A stretch of DNA of 63,959 nucleotides, counting the filler, from Folioceros fuciformis (lineage: Eukaryota), in the NCBI GenBank assembly GCA_049999805.1. It is 13 parts of 13 records of this genome, joined end to end, with 100 filler letters (N's around TTAATTAATTAA, not from the genome) between each part and the next. Parts side by side here need not be neighbours in the genome. Positions count along the whole stretch, not along the records: positions 44,327 to 48,017 come from JBNGIO010005575.1; positions 48,118 to 52,571 come from JBNGIO010005576.1; positions 52,672 to 59,842 come from JBNGIO010005577.1; 10 more parts are not named here. The stretch is one strand, 5' to 3'. Made by a program: the position numbers and the translations under genes. Under the pieces are notes generated by a model. The model was not told where the DNA came from. It worked only from the letters and a program-made list of their open reading frames with translations, and did no database searches. Positions 45,746-58,329 of the stretch are shown here, piece by piece (within the stretch, counting starts at the first letter, position 1; each line of letters begins with the position of its first letter).

Positions 45746-46492
45746 ATTTCCAAGATTTTTTGCAAATCACTTGGCATAGGAAGACAGATCACTATCCCAT
45801 ACACATCCAGCCAAAATCTACTTGCAGAATCTAAGAATCGCTATCTGCAAGAAGTTGCAAAAGCTATGTTGTACAAGTCAACACTATCAAGGAGGTACTG
45901 GGCACAAGCAGTTCACACTGCTACTTATGTGCAAAATTGACTTCCCACCATAGCTTTCAAGGACTCCAAACCGTTTGAACGTTGGACAGGTAGGAAGCCA
46001 GCCATTTCTCATTTTAAGATCTTTGGATGTAAGGTCTTTGTACACATACCTAAGGAAGTCAGGACAAAGCTTGACTTCAAGGCCAAGCAAATGCTTTTTG
46101 TTGGATACTCAGAAGGTATTAAGGGATATAAAGTCTATGATCAAGGAATAGGCAGAGTCACACATGCTCGATTTGGCAAATTCGATGAAAGATCAACTTT
46201 GGCAGCTTCTCCTCTCAAGTATCAAGAAAGTGAATTAGTTGTTGATGATTTTCTACACTTAGAAGAATATGACGCTTCTCATGGCATGCCTGGACAACAG
46301 ATTCACGAACCATCTGACCAACTAGATCATTTCTCTTCACATCAACCTAAACAGCAAAAATAACCTAACTTAGAGTGGTCGGAGGTGTCGTTTTTCAATG
46401 ATGTTGAACCAGAAGATGCGAGTGACAGTTGTGAGCAAGTGGGAGCTCATGATTTTGATGATGAAGCTGATTTGAATGTGAGTGTGAGCTAG
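45746..46492 (+). pseudogene. pol: Degenerate copia integrase, target of element C and of a family X LTR
   Basis: YWAQAVHTATYVQN, HFKIFGCK, LFVGYSEGIKGYKVYD. Confidence 0.85.
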
Positions 46493-48009
46493 TGTGGAGG
46501 CAAAACCCCGGGCACTGATTGCCAACGGGTTTCACCTTTAGAGGCCACACTTATCCCATTGTCGTTGAGACATTGGGTTTCGTTCCCACGAAGGAGCAAT
46601 GGGGTTCCTTGCTGCTGTGGATGGAGGGTCGGACTCAATTGACTCGATGATGGATTCGAGGGCTCCCCTCTAGCTCCGATCAGGCGTAGGATAGGCCTCG
46701 CTATCCAGCGGTCAGCTATACCTCTCTCGGTGCCCACAAACTCACTCTAGTCACTACAATGACCCTAACCTCTCAGATCTGCGACTTCCCTCACTCACTT
46801 CACTCACTCTCTCACTCCAGCACCAACACCAGCAACCAACAACAACACCACTACCTTCTACACTTCCCTACTGACTCCTCCTACCCGGCAAGAGTCATTA
46901 GACTAACCCCAAAGAAAAGAAAGAAGGGAACACACTCCCCTCTCGGATATCTCCTCCCCACAACCTTACCATGAAACATGGCCGGCCTACAGCACTTGTC
47001 CAAATAAGGAACAAGAGTGGACAGGTTGAGAGAAAGACATCCTTTACAATCAAGAGCTAGGGGCAAGCCCCTTCACCCTGGTCATTACACCTTGTGATCC
47101 TACCAGACACTATACAACCGGCAATACGCTGCCCGCAATCCTACCAGACACTGTACAGCCGGCAATATGCTGCCCGCAATCCTACCAGACACTGTACAGC
47201 CGGCAACACACTGCAAGTCCTAAACCAAGCAGGGACAGACCACAAGAGCTCGTGAAGAGAGTATCTCCAAGAGCTCACGAAGTGATAGACTGACTCCTAA
47301 AGTGAATAACTACCTCCTCCTACAGGCTCACCTGATCTTATAGGAGCCTCTCTCTCTCTTTGACTTCACCTCTCTCTAACTTGACAAATATTATTTTAAT
47401 GGGACCACTGGCCTAGTCGGCTGTTACCAACCACTTATTTAGACTTCTAGCACATCCTGCCACCAATGAGCTGGCCCTACCACCACAAGGATCTACCACC
47501 TCTTAGACTATCATGAGACTTCGAAGGATGTTTGATCTTCAAAGATCTGCGGACACCGCCTCTTCCTTTCTGGATGGCCACCTGCTAAGTCTTCCCCTGC
47601 ACCTGTTCACCCTTGGTGGCGGAGCCAGCCTCCAGGGGAGGAGTATGAGTAGTGGGAAAGATGGAGAGGAGGTGGGAAGCAATGGGATCAGCAGCCAAAA
47701 CTTGGCCTGAAAACGGTAGCTTATTCAGCGGAATTAGCTTCCAGCCAAAATGGTTTCTTGGCCATGAAAGACTGACCCTAACATGCTGGAATAGGCCTCA
47801 AACTAGGAGGAAAAGAAAACAGGTGAAACAGAGCTGAATTGGAATTAAATCCAGAAAACAGGGGTGAAATAGAAAAGGGAAAAATAGGAAAATAAAAAGA
47901 AAAAAAATATGGGGATATATATATGGTATACATATCAATACGTATTTTAACAGTATAAAATACAAATGAGGGGGTATATGTATAGGGACCGTATACGGTC
48001 CCTATAACA
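46493..48009 (-). mobile_element. Probable full-length family X LTR (~1.5 kb), with three 41-bp tandem units at ~47097-47213 and a terminal palindrome
   Basis: TGT...ACA ends. The left part matches 1-544; the right part resembles 60311-60700 on the opposite strand. No TSD, so it may be composite. Confidence 0.6.
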
Positions 48010-48117
48010 TTAAACTANNNNNNNNNNNNNNNNNNNNNNNNNNNNNNNNNNNNNNNNNNNNTTAATTAATTAANNNNNNNNNNNNNNNNNNNNNNNNNNN
48101 NNNNNNNNNNNNNNNNN

Positions 48118-48700
48118 AACACCATTTTATAAGAGAACAGGTAGCAAGCGGATTAGTGCAAGTGGTCTACTGCCCTACAGATCTAATGACAGCAGATGTG
48201 CTCACTAAAGCATTGAGCAAGGTCAAGCACCAGCAGCACGCCCATGGAATGGGGCTGTGCTCAGGATCTGGAAACCCGATCTAGGAGAACCCGGCAGCTA
48301 GTGGCGCACAAGGCTCTAGCTCGAGATCAACAGCAGGAGCAGGAGCAGGAGGCGGCGACGGCGCACAGGCATCACCAGCAGGTAGAGCTAGCGTGGCTTT
48401 GTAGCCAACACCATTGCCTCAAGCTCGCGCTCAGCTGGCGCAGCGGCGCCTAGCTCGAAAGACCAAGCAGTAGCTGGATCGAGCGCCTCAAGCGCAGCAG
48501 CAGGCGTCGGCGGCAAGTTTCTTTTAGGCGGTTCTATAGTTAATCAAAGTTTCTTACCTAGGGTGTCTATTAGCTTAGCATAGGAATAGTTATTAAATCC
48601 ATATAATTACCCTAACTCCTGAGTGGGAGTGAAACAATAAATAAGTTTAATAGGTCTAGTCATTAGGTTAGTTAATATAAATAGGACTAAGCCCTAACAA
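48118..48700 (+). mobile_element. pol: Copia 3' end: RNase H tail, 3' UTR, PPT (48621) and start of the LTR
   Basis: HFIREQVASGLVQVVYCPTDLMTADVLTKAL, then GAGTGGGAG followed by TG. Confidence 0.8.
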
Positions 48701-50519
48701 GACGGGTATTACGGTTGTAACCGTTCATGGGGTCGTAACACACATAACCGTGTGTTCGCGCACTCATGATCGATCAATCCAAAACCATTCACTGTAATGT
48801 GGCCGCTATGAATCTAGAAGGCTGGAAGCTCTAAACTTATTGGGTCAGCATTGCAACTAGCTGCTAGTAAGACGGGGAAGATGGTGCCATGCTGTAGGTG
48901 CGTAACCATGTCCTCTAAGCCCACTCGCCCTCATATCTCACAGACAGTCGTCGAAATGACATGAAACCAGCTCACATGCGGTTTCATAGTCATTGTAGCA
49001 ATGTCACAATTGATGGGCTGCCATTGCTAGGCAGCTTTGAGTCACATAAGTCACATCGGAGCTGCCGATGTACATAGAAAATCCATGAGCTTTACAACAT
49101 TCCTGCCCCAAAACAGGCTGGAAATTACAAACATAAAGCAAGTGAAACCCTTGGTGTGGGGTCAGGCACTCTCCCTCAGTTCAATTTCAACAACTGTTTT
49201 TTGCGGCGCCCTTCCCAACGTTTAGCGCTAGCCACCATGGCTGATGTCAGCGATAATTTCAAGTATCAGCGGCAATTTTATCACAGTTGGGCTCACACTC
49301 TTGGTGTGAGCCCACGAGCATCCTACAAAGGCAGCTCTTGAGTGAGCCGCCATATTTTCCATCTAATGTTTTGCTAACATTTAGGCAGCATTTTGCAAAT
49401 CTAAATGAAAAACAAAGGCTAAACTGTTCTAGCACTTTGGTGTCATGACAATGGTCGCTAAAGGGAAGCGCTTCCGTTTCTTGGGGGTTTCCCACCACAT
49501 TAACACAAGAGGATGGGCCATGGTAGGAGAGCTAAGGAGTCTTAATCTGGTGCTTGGGCAATCATGACTAGATTACGTAGCCAATTAGGTCTAAGGTGGA
49601 GTATAGGAATAGGGTAATTTAATTTAGTTCCTACTTAAATTTCATATAATATAATGGTTACATAGGTTATTTATTAATCAATAAAAGATACAAAATGATC
49701 AATTAGGTTATAGACGGCTACTCACAAATGCAACTCTTTACAATGTTTTTCTTCAGTACAATGTACCATCCTTTTTGCATTCTCTAGGCTAGGCTCCTAG
49801 TGTTTGCCACCTTGTAACCAATCCCATGTGCTTAGCACGCTAATGTGATACATTACACTATATGCAACTACCATTGAGCCTTCCCCCTCACCCATGCAAA
49901 GGCTTGTTAGTGCTAAACCTTATTTTTTGTTGAAAAAGATGCCTTTGAAACAAGCTTTTACATATGCAAGATTTGGTGCATGTTGAAACTTACCAATCAT
50001 GTATTTTCAAGATTTTTTAGGAGGAGTAAATGGGCACCCAAACAAAAAGGTCATTCAATCATTAAACCTCATACATGTATTTTGTGCTTTCATGTGCCTT
50101 TTTTTGTACATCAGTAATACTAGTTGTAGTAATAGTAGCAATGTAAACTTATTTATTTATAATGTAATCAATTTATGTTTTCGTGGTGTGTATAGTAAGA
50201 CAAAATACAATATGCTTATAAAACATACTCTTCCCACTAGTGGAGTTTTTGTCTCTTGTGAGAAAGATTTTCCTGCGAATGATACAGGATCCTCAGCGAG
50301 CTCCTTTACAAAACTTACCATTCTTTCAATGGGCTGTAGAGCAACGAAAGTCATCAAATTATACTTTTGTAGTCTTGGATCCCATTCAACAATTTGTGCT
50401 ATAAAGTATGCAATATAATTATCTTCATGAATAACATGTTTTGATACCTATCAACATTCTTATTATTTATTCATATTAAGACATAAACTAAGGCATCAAG
50501 GAATATAATAAGCATATAG

Positions 50520-52225
50520 AAAAGAGTCTGTGTGTACTATCTCTAAAGGTGACTTGGCCCTTTGTGGAGATGGATTTTTGAAAGGTTCATGGTGATGTTT
50601 TGTGAGGACACAGGTTTCGCACCAATCTAGGTTATGAACCTTGGAGAGAAGGTGTTCTATACAGGTTGTCTCTAGACATTTCGATTAACTTCTGACTATT
50701 AGGATGACCTAATCTACAATGCTAGAGCATTGTGTGTGTTGGTGTTGCAGAATGTTGGGAGGCTACATTGACAGAATGTGTGGCTCCTACTTTAACTGAC
50801 AATTGATACAGACCATCTTCTAAGATGCCAGTGCAGATATTGTGTGTTCTATTCTTGAGGTAGGAAAGGAAACAACTATCTACATATAAAAGGACTTGCA
50901 TGTTACGTTCTTTGCAAAGACTAGCGGCTGACATTAGGTTTTTGCACATGGTAGGAACATGAAGGACTTGGTGAAGATGAAGAGTCTGACCTGAATCACA
51001 TATGAGTACAGCAGAACCTAGGCCCGAGATGAGAAGGTTGCGATCATCGCCCAAAAGAATAGTCTGATGTCCTTTGGTTGGGGTGTATGACTCGAAGGAG
51101 TCTTTGTTGTAGCATATATGTGATGTTGCTCCACTGTTCACGTACCAATAAGCGGTGGCCGGCTTAGAGGATGCAAGGCAAATAGTGAGCACACGTGTTG
51201 TTGATGAAGAGTGTTTCTTTGAAGCAACATGAGCTGCAGGCGGGGCCTCAGATCTAGGTTCCCCATTCTTCTTCTTTCTACAGTCCTTTCCATGTGATTA
51301 GGAATTCGGCACCAATTACAAATAATTCCACTCTTTTTGTTACCCCTGGAAGGTGTGGAAGAGCTGGATTCGCCATGATATTTGTTTGGTGTAGAAGAAG
51401 CAGGTCGATTGGAAGGAGAAATTTTGCCGCGTCCTCTTCCTCTGCCTCTTCCAGCATACATCACCTGCTGTCGGCTGGACTTGGGCTCATGGTGTTGACT
51501 GGACTCCTCCTGTATTATGGCTCCGATGAGTTCTACGACACTAATGTTAAGGTCTCCGTCTCCATCAAAGCTGCCCAAATTCTTTTGGGCTTGTCTAACC
51601 ACAACATTCCGTGTGGTGAGAAATGGTCTATAGGAGGGTGGGAGGGATATCAAGAGAACAAGGAATGCAACAAGTTCCGAGACGGAGGTGTTGGTGGCAG
51701 CTTCATATTGAGATCTAGCTTGCTAGAAAGTGTTGATATGGTGTTTGACGGAGTCAGATTCCTTCATCTTCATATTGAAGAGGTTGCGCGTCGCAGTCAT
51801 CATACTCATCACATCTCTTGAAGAATATAACTGAGCAAGGTGATCCCACATCTATTTAGAAGTCTTTGCTTGATTGTATTGTCTTACCATGTTCTGTGCT
51901 AGTCCACTGATCAGGAGGTCTTGAGCTTTTTCATCCTTGGCATCCCAGGTTTCTTTGCTCTTGGAGCCCCACTGTGGTCTGAGTGTGGACCCACTTACAA
52001 CATCCCATAGATCTCGATTACGGAAAAGTGCACGCATTCGCAGGCGCCAAACGTCATATGCCTGCCCATTGAATCTAACCTTCTCCTTAAAACTGTCACC
52101 ACAGTTGTGATTCACCACGGAAGGTCGTACTTCATCTTTGGGTGGATCCTTTGTATCCTCTCTCTCTCTCTCTTGTCGTTATGTTGTTGTTTCTCTTCTC
52201 GTTCGTCCACATCAGAACCAGCCAT
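50520..52225 (-). pseudogene. gag-pol: Copia element D gag - protease - pre-integrase (degenerate)
   Basis: FKEKVRFNGQAYDVWRLRM, SLPPSYRPF, CNWCRIPNH, WYVNSGATSH, HCRLGH. Confidence 0.9.
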
Positions 52226-52671
52226 TGCAGGTGGTCACTACTATAGTTTAGAGAGCTACAAAGAGAGCTTCACATTTCCTCATCATCATGCAGGAAATAC
52301 TGGGCGCAAGGAGAAACCTTTTCTACACTAGCATGTTTGTCAGGATGACAAGTAGCAGTTTGTGGGGAAAGTTTGTGATGAAGACAACTCAGCATGTGTT
52401 GATGGCATGATTCTTTGGCGATAGTCTTTATCGAACTGAAGATCTCTTGATTGCATTGTTGTGAACCTTCATTGGAGACAGAAGAAAGAGGACCTGCTTG
52501 TAGATTTGGGATATGATCAAGAGCGAGTTCTTTTGCTTTCACTTGACTTAAACTAAAGATAGTAAGCAAGTNNNNNNNNNNNNNNNNNNNNNNNNNNNNN
52601 NNNNNNNNNNNNNNNTTAATTAATTAANNNNNNNNNNNNNNNNNNNNNNNNNNNNNNNNNNNNNNNNNNNN

Positions 52672-54058
52672 AGTCTGTATGGAAGTCTTGAACTGCTTGT
52701 AGGCAGGTGTTAACCCGCACAAGCAAACTTCGACCTTGTCATCATCTTCCACACTGACACCAATGGACGCAAGGGATTCCACTATCCCTTTGATCTTTAA
52801 CGCGTACTCATTGATTGATAAGTTCTTCTTCATAACTGTGTTGAAGTCATTCTTCAACTGCAGTTTTCTCGCCTTCGTGTTAGTCTCATAGAGTTTTACC
52901 AACTCATCCCATGCTTCTTTGGGCGACTCTGCATCCTGTATGTGCCCAATCATGGTGTCATGAATGCTGATTGACAGCCAATACATGACCTTCCGAGATC
53001 CTTGACTCCAATCCTTCAGCGCCTTAATCTGCTCCGCTGTTGCATTCCGTTCAAGTACTACAGGGGGTTTTTCATGCTCCCCCTCAATGTAGTCCCAATA
53101 ACCCTTTCCCATAAGAAAGTTTGTAAAACGAAACTTCCAGGCATGGAAGTTGTTTTTGTCCAGCTTCTCCTGTACGATCTGGTTAATACTGTCACTGGCC
53201 ATTCTTGCCACCACTCAAGGTTGACACTCAATCCTTTCTTGAGTACTCACACCTGATAAATGTCTGAAAGAACCAGACTGCTTCTGACTGGAGTTTTACT
53301 CACAATACCTTAAGTCTCTTCTTCCTAAGAGCAATCTGGTGCGGAATCACGCTGCCTTGCGTGAACCAGATTGTCTCATGCTCCGTGTCCTTACAGACTC
53401 TTGACTGTCTGCCCACAAAGCTCCCGTGAGATTTCCTGTCAATTCCTTCCCTGCTGCCAAGCTAGGGTTAGCACACTTTCTTGCAGCTGCTGAGGCTATT
53501 GCAGCTGTTGCCTCCACTTGTCAGCCCTTCCACAGAGCTCTGGGGATCAACAGCTAGTCCAGTAAGCTGACAGGGCCTTGTCGCCCTTCTCCTCACTTCC
53601 TGCACACACCGATATGAGAGTTACCTGCCGGGACGCTTGCTGCCGATCTCCCTCCAAGCTGCTCCAACTTCTCGTAGCTGCTCTAGCTTCTGGTGTGCAC
53701 TCTTGCTGCCTCTTGCAGCACCTCCTACGCCGATCTTGCACCGCCTGCACCGGGCTCTGATACCATGTCAATAGGATCGACTCCAATCTACGTGCAAGTG
53801 TAGGAGAGGAGAGGAGAGAAGAGAGGGTGGTATTGGTGATCACAACCATGAAAACAATACACATCACCACTGTCTTACTATGGAGGTCCGAGGTCTCCAT
53901 TTAAGTAGTACATTTAGGGCTACACAACTTCCATGTTCAATATGGGATAATCTACACTATCCTAAGTTCACTAATAACTAGAACTAGTTTAGTATGAACC
54001 CAACTGGGATAACTAACACCACATGAGTTTAGCTCATATAGAGCTCGATAACTCAACA
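52672..54058 (-). mobile_element. gag: 5' part of copia element E (different lineage): LTR 53766-54058, PBS 53754-53765, gag from ~53202
   Basis: GCTCTGATACCA next to TGTCAA...CTCAACA. Gag motif KLDKNNFHAWKFRFTNFLMGKGYWDYIEG. Confidence 0.92.
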
Positions 54059-54570
54059 TCTTGCGCGCAAAGGCTGCAAGCTTCGCAATCTTCTCCGGAG
54101 TCTTGGTTGGAAAAGCTCTGTCCAAAATCGCAAAGAAATCCTCCACAGGGTTGTCGTGCTTGGGCACATTCAACTTGTCCGGGATACCATCTGAGGCAGT
54201 GGCCATCTCTTGCTGAGTCATGTTTACCACCGTAGGTGGTGGGGCTGTTGTGGCAATGGTGCCAGCCGCAATCCCTGCTTGGTGAGTGGCCACCGCAGTG
54301 GCCAACAAACTATTGTATGCCACTTGAAGGGCTGCCGTGTAAGCAGGGTTGAGCTTTTCTACCACTGCCAACATTTCTGGTGCATGAATCTCAAACAGGT
54401 CCAGAGCTTCATCAGCGAGATACCCAAGTAACTCTTCAAACATATACCTATGAGTATAAGTAGCTCCATGCTTAAACTTAACGCGACTGGTTAATAAGCC
54501 ATAGAACAACTTGAAATCCCTGAGGGTCTACGTCCCTGACCTGCCAGAGAACTTTTCAGACTTGTGAACA
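54059..54570 (-). pseudogene. gag: Gypsy-like gag N-terminal fragment interrupted by copia E
   Basis: EKFSGRSGT*TLRDFK...LLGYLADEALDLFE resembles a gag capsid start. Confidence 0.5.
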
Positions 54571-56079
54571 AGTGCTCTCGATCCCTCCATGGTGTTAGAC
54601 TCCTCGGACTCCTTTTCCTCCGAACTGGTGTCTCCACCTACAGCCTGAACAATGTTCGACAGAGGCGACCAGCTTACTCCTACTACCCTAGCAGACCCAA
54701 ACACTTCCCCAATGCTACTCTGGTCTGTGACACTCTGGCTAGGGTGGCGCTCACTCGACTCCTCAGCTGGTCTCTGCTCTGGTGAACTAGGCTTGGGAGT
54801 CCATTGATGCCGTGCCCTCCGCCGCGGTACCCAAGGTCATTGTGGAACGGTCCTACTTCTCAGATGGTAAGCTGGCTCATCATCACTCCCATCAGATGGC
54901 ATATATAGTCCATGTAGAAACCAAACAAGGTCGGTGATTAGCAGTGATTTAAGAAAAATGAGAATGTAAGAGTGCACAGCAACCTATGCCTACTGACTGA
55001 CTCTAACTCCCTGCTAGACCATCATCAGGACTACGCTATCGACAGCCAAGTGTCCACTAGCCTAAAGTTTTGCCCACTTAGGGTCTAGGCCAAACCAGTA
55101 CTTACAACTCAGTAGTCGGCGTACCACCCTCAACCAAACACCCAACAAGGTGATTATCATGTCCTTCTCTTAGCTCACCAAAACTTTAGCATGGTGAGTT
55201 CACACCCTGATCCTAACAAAGAAGGGCGGGTATCTCCCTGTGCATATAGCCAGAACCACATACGATTATGGACAAAAACTCGCAACACACCAAATCGATG
55301 GCCACAAAGTTCAGGACAGTTGTTAGAAGTGGCCTCTCATACAAAAGCGTCTCCACACAACCTCACGACATGTTCAAGTGATGTCCAGCTAGAGCAGTTG
55401 TCTGTATCAATTGACTGACCCTCAATCGTCCAACACACATTACTGCATAGGTCGGTGTCCCCACAAAAGTCCCGCAAGTGTTGGTTTTGATCTCGGTGGT
55501 GTCCTCCACAAATAGCGTTGGCAGTGCTCGTCACCACCCTCACAGCTTTGTCCGTGGCTCAAGTCTCCCCTTGCTCACAGCCTGCTCAGGCCAGGCCAAC
55601 GCTACGATCCAGCCTAAGCCTCGCGATCCAGGTGCAGTATCAAGATCCAGGCACAGCTTTGCGATCTAGGCACAGTGTTAAGATCTAGGCACCACGTCGC
55701 GAGCCAGACATAGTGTCACAATCCAAACACCACATCGCGATCCCCGACTCTTCAGTCCTAAAAGTGGCAATTGTGGCTTTCCATGCGCACAGACGTCGTC
55801 TCCCACACACGATATGCGACTCCCACACACGATGGGCACCTGCCAGCTCTAGCTCACGACTGAACAAGTTTGGATTCGCCTGGGTGCCCCCTGCAGATTA
55901 CAGATTATACAGCCACCTCCTCAGCTCCGTGAGTAGGCCTTCCATGCAGTCAGCTCGGCTCATGGACAACCTCATCTTGCACTCACTGAGTCCCTCCCTC
56001 CCGGCTTGTGTCGCTCACGAACACATCAATCCATCGTTGTCCACCAGTCCGCTGCTCAGCACCTTCATGCATTGACGCT

Positions 56080-56330
56080 GCCCTGATGCCCGCGACGAGA
56101 CACCACAGCTTGCATGAATTCTGCTGGCGCTTGAGCTGAGACACTCAGCTCACTATCCAGCACTAGCGCTACCTTGATGCCCGCGACGGGACACCATAGC
56201 TTGCATGAATTCTCCCAGTGCTTGAGCTGAGTGTCTCAACTCACCATCCAACGCTGTCGTTCACCGATGTCATACTGATACCCGCGACGGAGCACCATGG
56301 CACTTGTGAACTTGCCTGCCTGAGCTCTGG
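56080..56330. repeat. Three ~90-100-bp units (TGATGCCCGCGACG...CACCA.AGCTTGCATGAATTC), probably inside an LTR
   Basis: Units at ~56084, ~56175 and ~56276. Confidence 0.7.
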
Positions 56331-56969
56331 GGTTTGTGAGCCAGATCTTGGTCTTGCAATCACAGCGGCTGGGTTTGCGAGTCGTAGTAAGTTCTCCACC
56401 TAGCCCCGGCATGGCACACTCAAATTGTTAGTCACACATGCTCACACCTCGATGCAACTCATTAATGCTTTCTCTCTGATTTTTGAGCAATGGATTCACA
56501 AGTAGTTCCTTGGCCAGCCACCTTGACCGCAGGCTTAAGCTCAACGAGAGAACTTCTAACAACTACAGGACTGAGCCTAGAAGTCCGGCACTTATCTATC
56601 ACCCTGCTCCTGGCCGTTGCCCCCAGTCCTCCTCTTCTCCATCGGCGCCATGCTGCCCACGCTCGAAACCTCTCCACCATTTTGCACAATGATGTTTCTG
56701 AACCCTAAACTCGTCACACGTTCCCTACCTAGCTATCCCTGATCTACCTAATCATATAATCAGACTAATTACATACAATTAGCCTAATTATATCTATTTG
56801 ATTAATTAGATACCCTAATTAATCAACATGGCTTGACAGTCGAGTGGAAGCCAGGCTTCCCTACTATCCCCGTTACTGGTTGTGTAGGGTGGTGGGGGCA
56901 AAAGGGGACGAATCCGCCAATCGTGGAGTGGAGTGTTGATCGCCTCCCTTATCCCTTGGTGTTCCTGCC

Positions 56970-57930
56970 ATCCCCTTAAATACTGAGAAGGAGAAGAAGA
57001 GTGGAGGAGGGTGCGCTGAAGAGCGAAGAGTTGGGAGAAACGAGTCGATCGAGGGTTGAGCGTGTGAGGAGAAATAGAGAGGAGAACGTGAGCCAGAGAG
57101 GAGAAAAGTTGGTGAGTGTGTGAGCTGGAAGAGTGGAGTTGGGTGGCCGCAGGCCGCCGGAGTCTGAATGTGGCGTGGGGGAACTAGTCGCGAAAATAGA
57201 TGGGAGGAAGTGACAGCGTGTGCGAGGTACTGAGTGACTGTGGAGACGCCGCGGTGTGTGCGGATGGTAGTGCCTGACTGTGGGTGTGGGAGACTGATCC
57301 GTGGAGTGAAGGAATGCTAGTGGGTCGTGGAGGAGACCTGGCCCGAGTTGTTTGTGACTAAAAGGGCGTGAGTGTGTGCTGAGAGGTGAAGTCGTGGACG
57401 TGGACGACGAAGAAGTGACTCGAGTGTTGGGTGTTCTAAGTGACAGGAGAGTTGTCAAGCTGGGTGTCGACGACGGTGTCCAACTGAGTGTACGACCCGA
57501 TATGCTGTATGGTGTGATGTGAGCGGGCTGTGGGGAGGACTCCATCTGACTGGCTTTTCTATGTGACCGGAGTGTGGCCGTGTGAGGGATTGTGGCGTCT
57601 TATTGAAGACCGTTGAGCGAGAGTGCCGCAAGCCTAGTGGGAATGGGCGTCGCTATGTGTGCGTGCTCTGGAGTAAGTGAGTCCCGAAGGTGACAGTTGT
57701 GAGGAGAGGTCAGTAGGAGAGTTGTCCGAGGAGAGAGAGAAGGCAAGGGTGGGGTTAGTTAGGCCGAATCGCGGCTGTGGTTGAGTGCAGAGCCAGCTGG
57801 AGAAGCCTCGAGTGTAGGCAGGTCGTGGACAGATGTGACAGGTAACCATTGGGGGGTATGACTGATTGATCGCGAAGGCCTGGCGTAAGGTGAGGCCCCG
57901 AAGCACCGTTTAGGTTATGAGTGAAACTAG
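56970..57930 (-). pseudogene. Possible heavily degraded LINE endonuclease
   Basis: FTHNLNG near 57920 and LTFSSLFLLTRSTLDRLVS near 57050 resemble APE endonuclease motifs. C-rich sense strand. Confidence 0.3.
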
Positions 57931-58329
57931 AAGAGGTAAGCTGGCCCTAGAGTTAGAGAGAGACTAAGGGTTGGACCCGCTGAGGTAGTGGAGCCCACTA
58001 CCATCGTGGAGTAGCGACTAAGGTGGTCGAGAGCCCGAGGTAGTAGAAGTACCTCCAGGGTAGTTAGGGAGACAGTAGTTGAAGAGACCCCCCTCCAGTA
58101 GCCGAGGGAGTCTGAGAGGTAGTGCAAAGCCGTGGTAGCTGAGCTGCAACGGAGGTAGAGGTAGTCGAACTAGCTGGTAGTGGAAGCGTGGTAGTTAACG
58201 CCTGTCCTAAGCAGTAACTGACTTTGAGAGAAAACCTGTGTTCTTTAACACAAATCATTCCCTTGGGATCCAATCCCAGTGCTATAACGACAAAGAGGGT
58301 TTGTGTGGACCTTGCAGCACCCCCAGGTG

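Noticed and set aside
48740-49500. LINE ORF2 remnant suggested by a PFSDHC motif
   Set aside because: A single short motif in broken frames; insufficient support.
55173-56838. PBS (TGGTGAGC) and LTR for the gag at 54059-54570
   Set aside because: Termini are degenerate and there is no second copy to confirm the boundaries.
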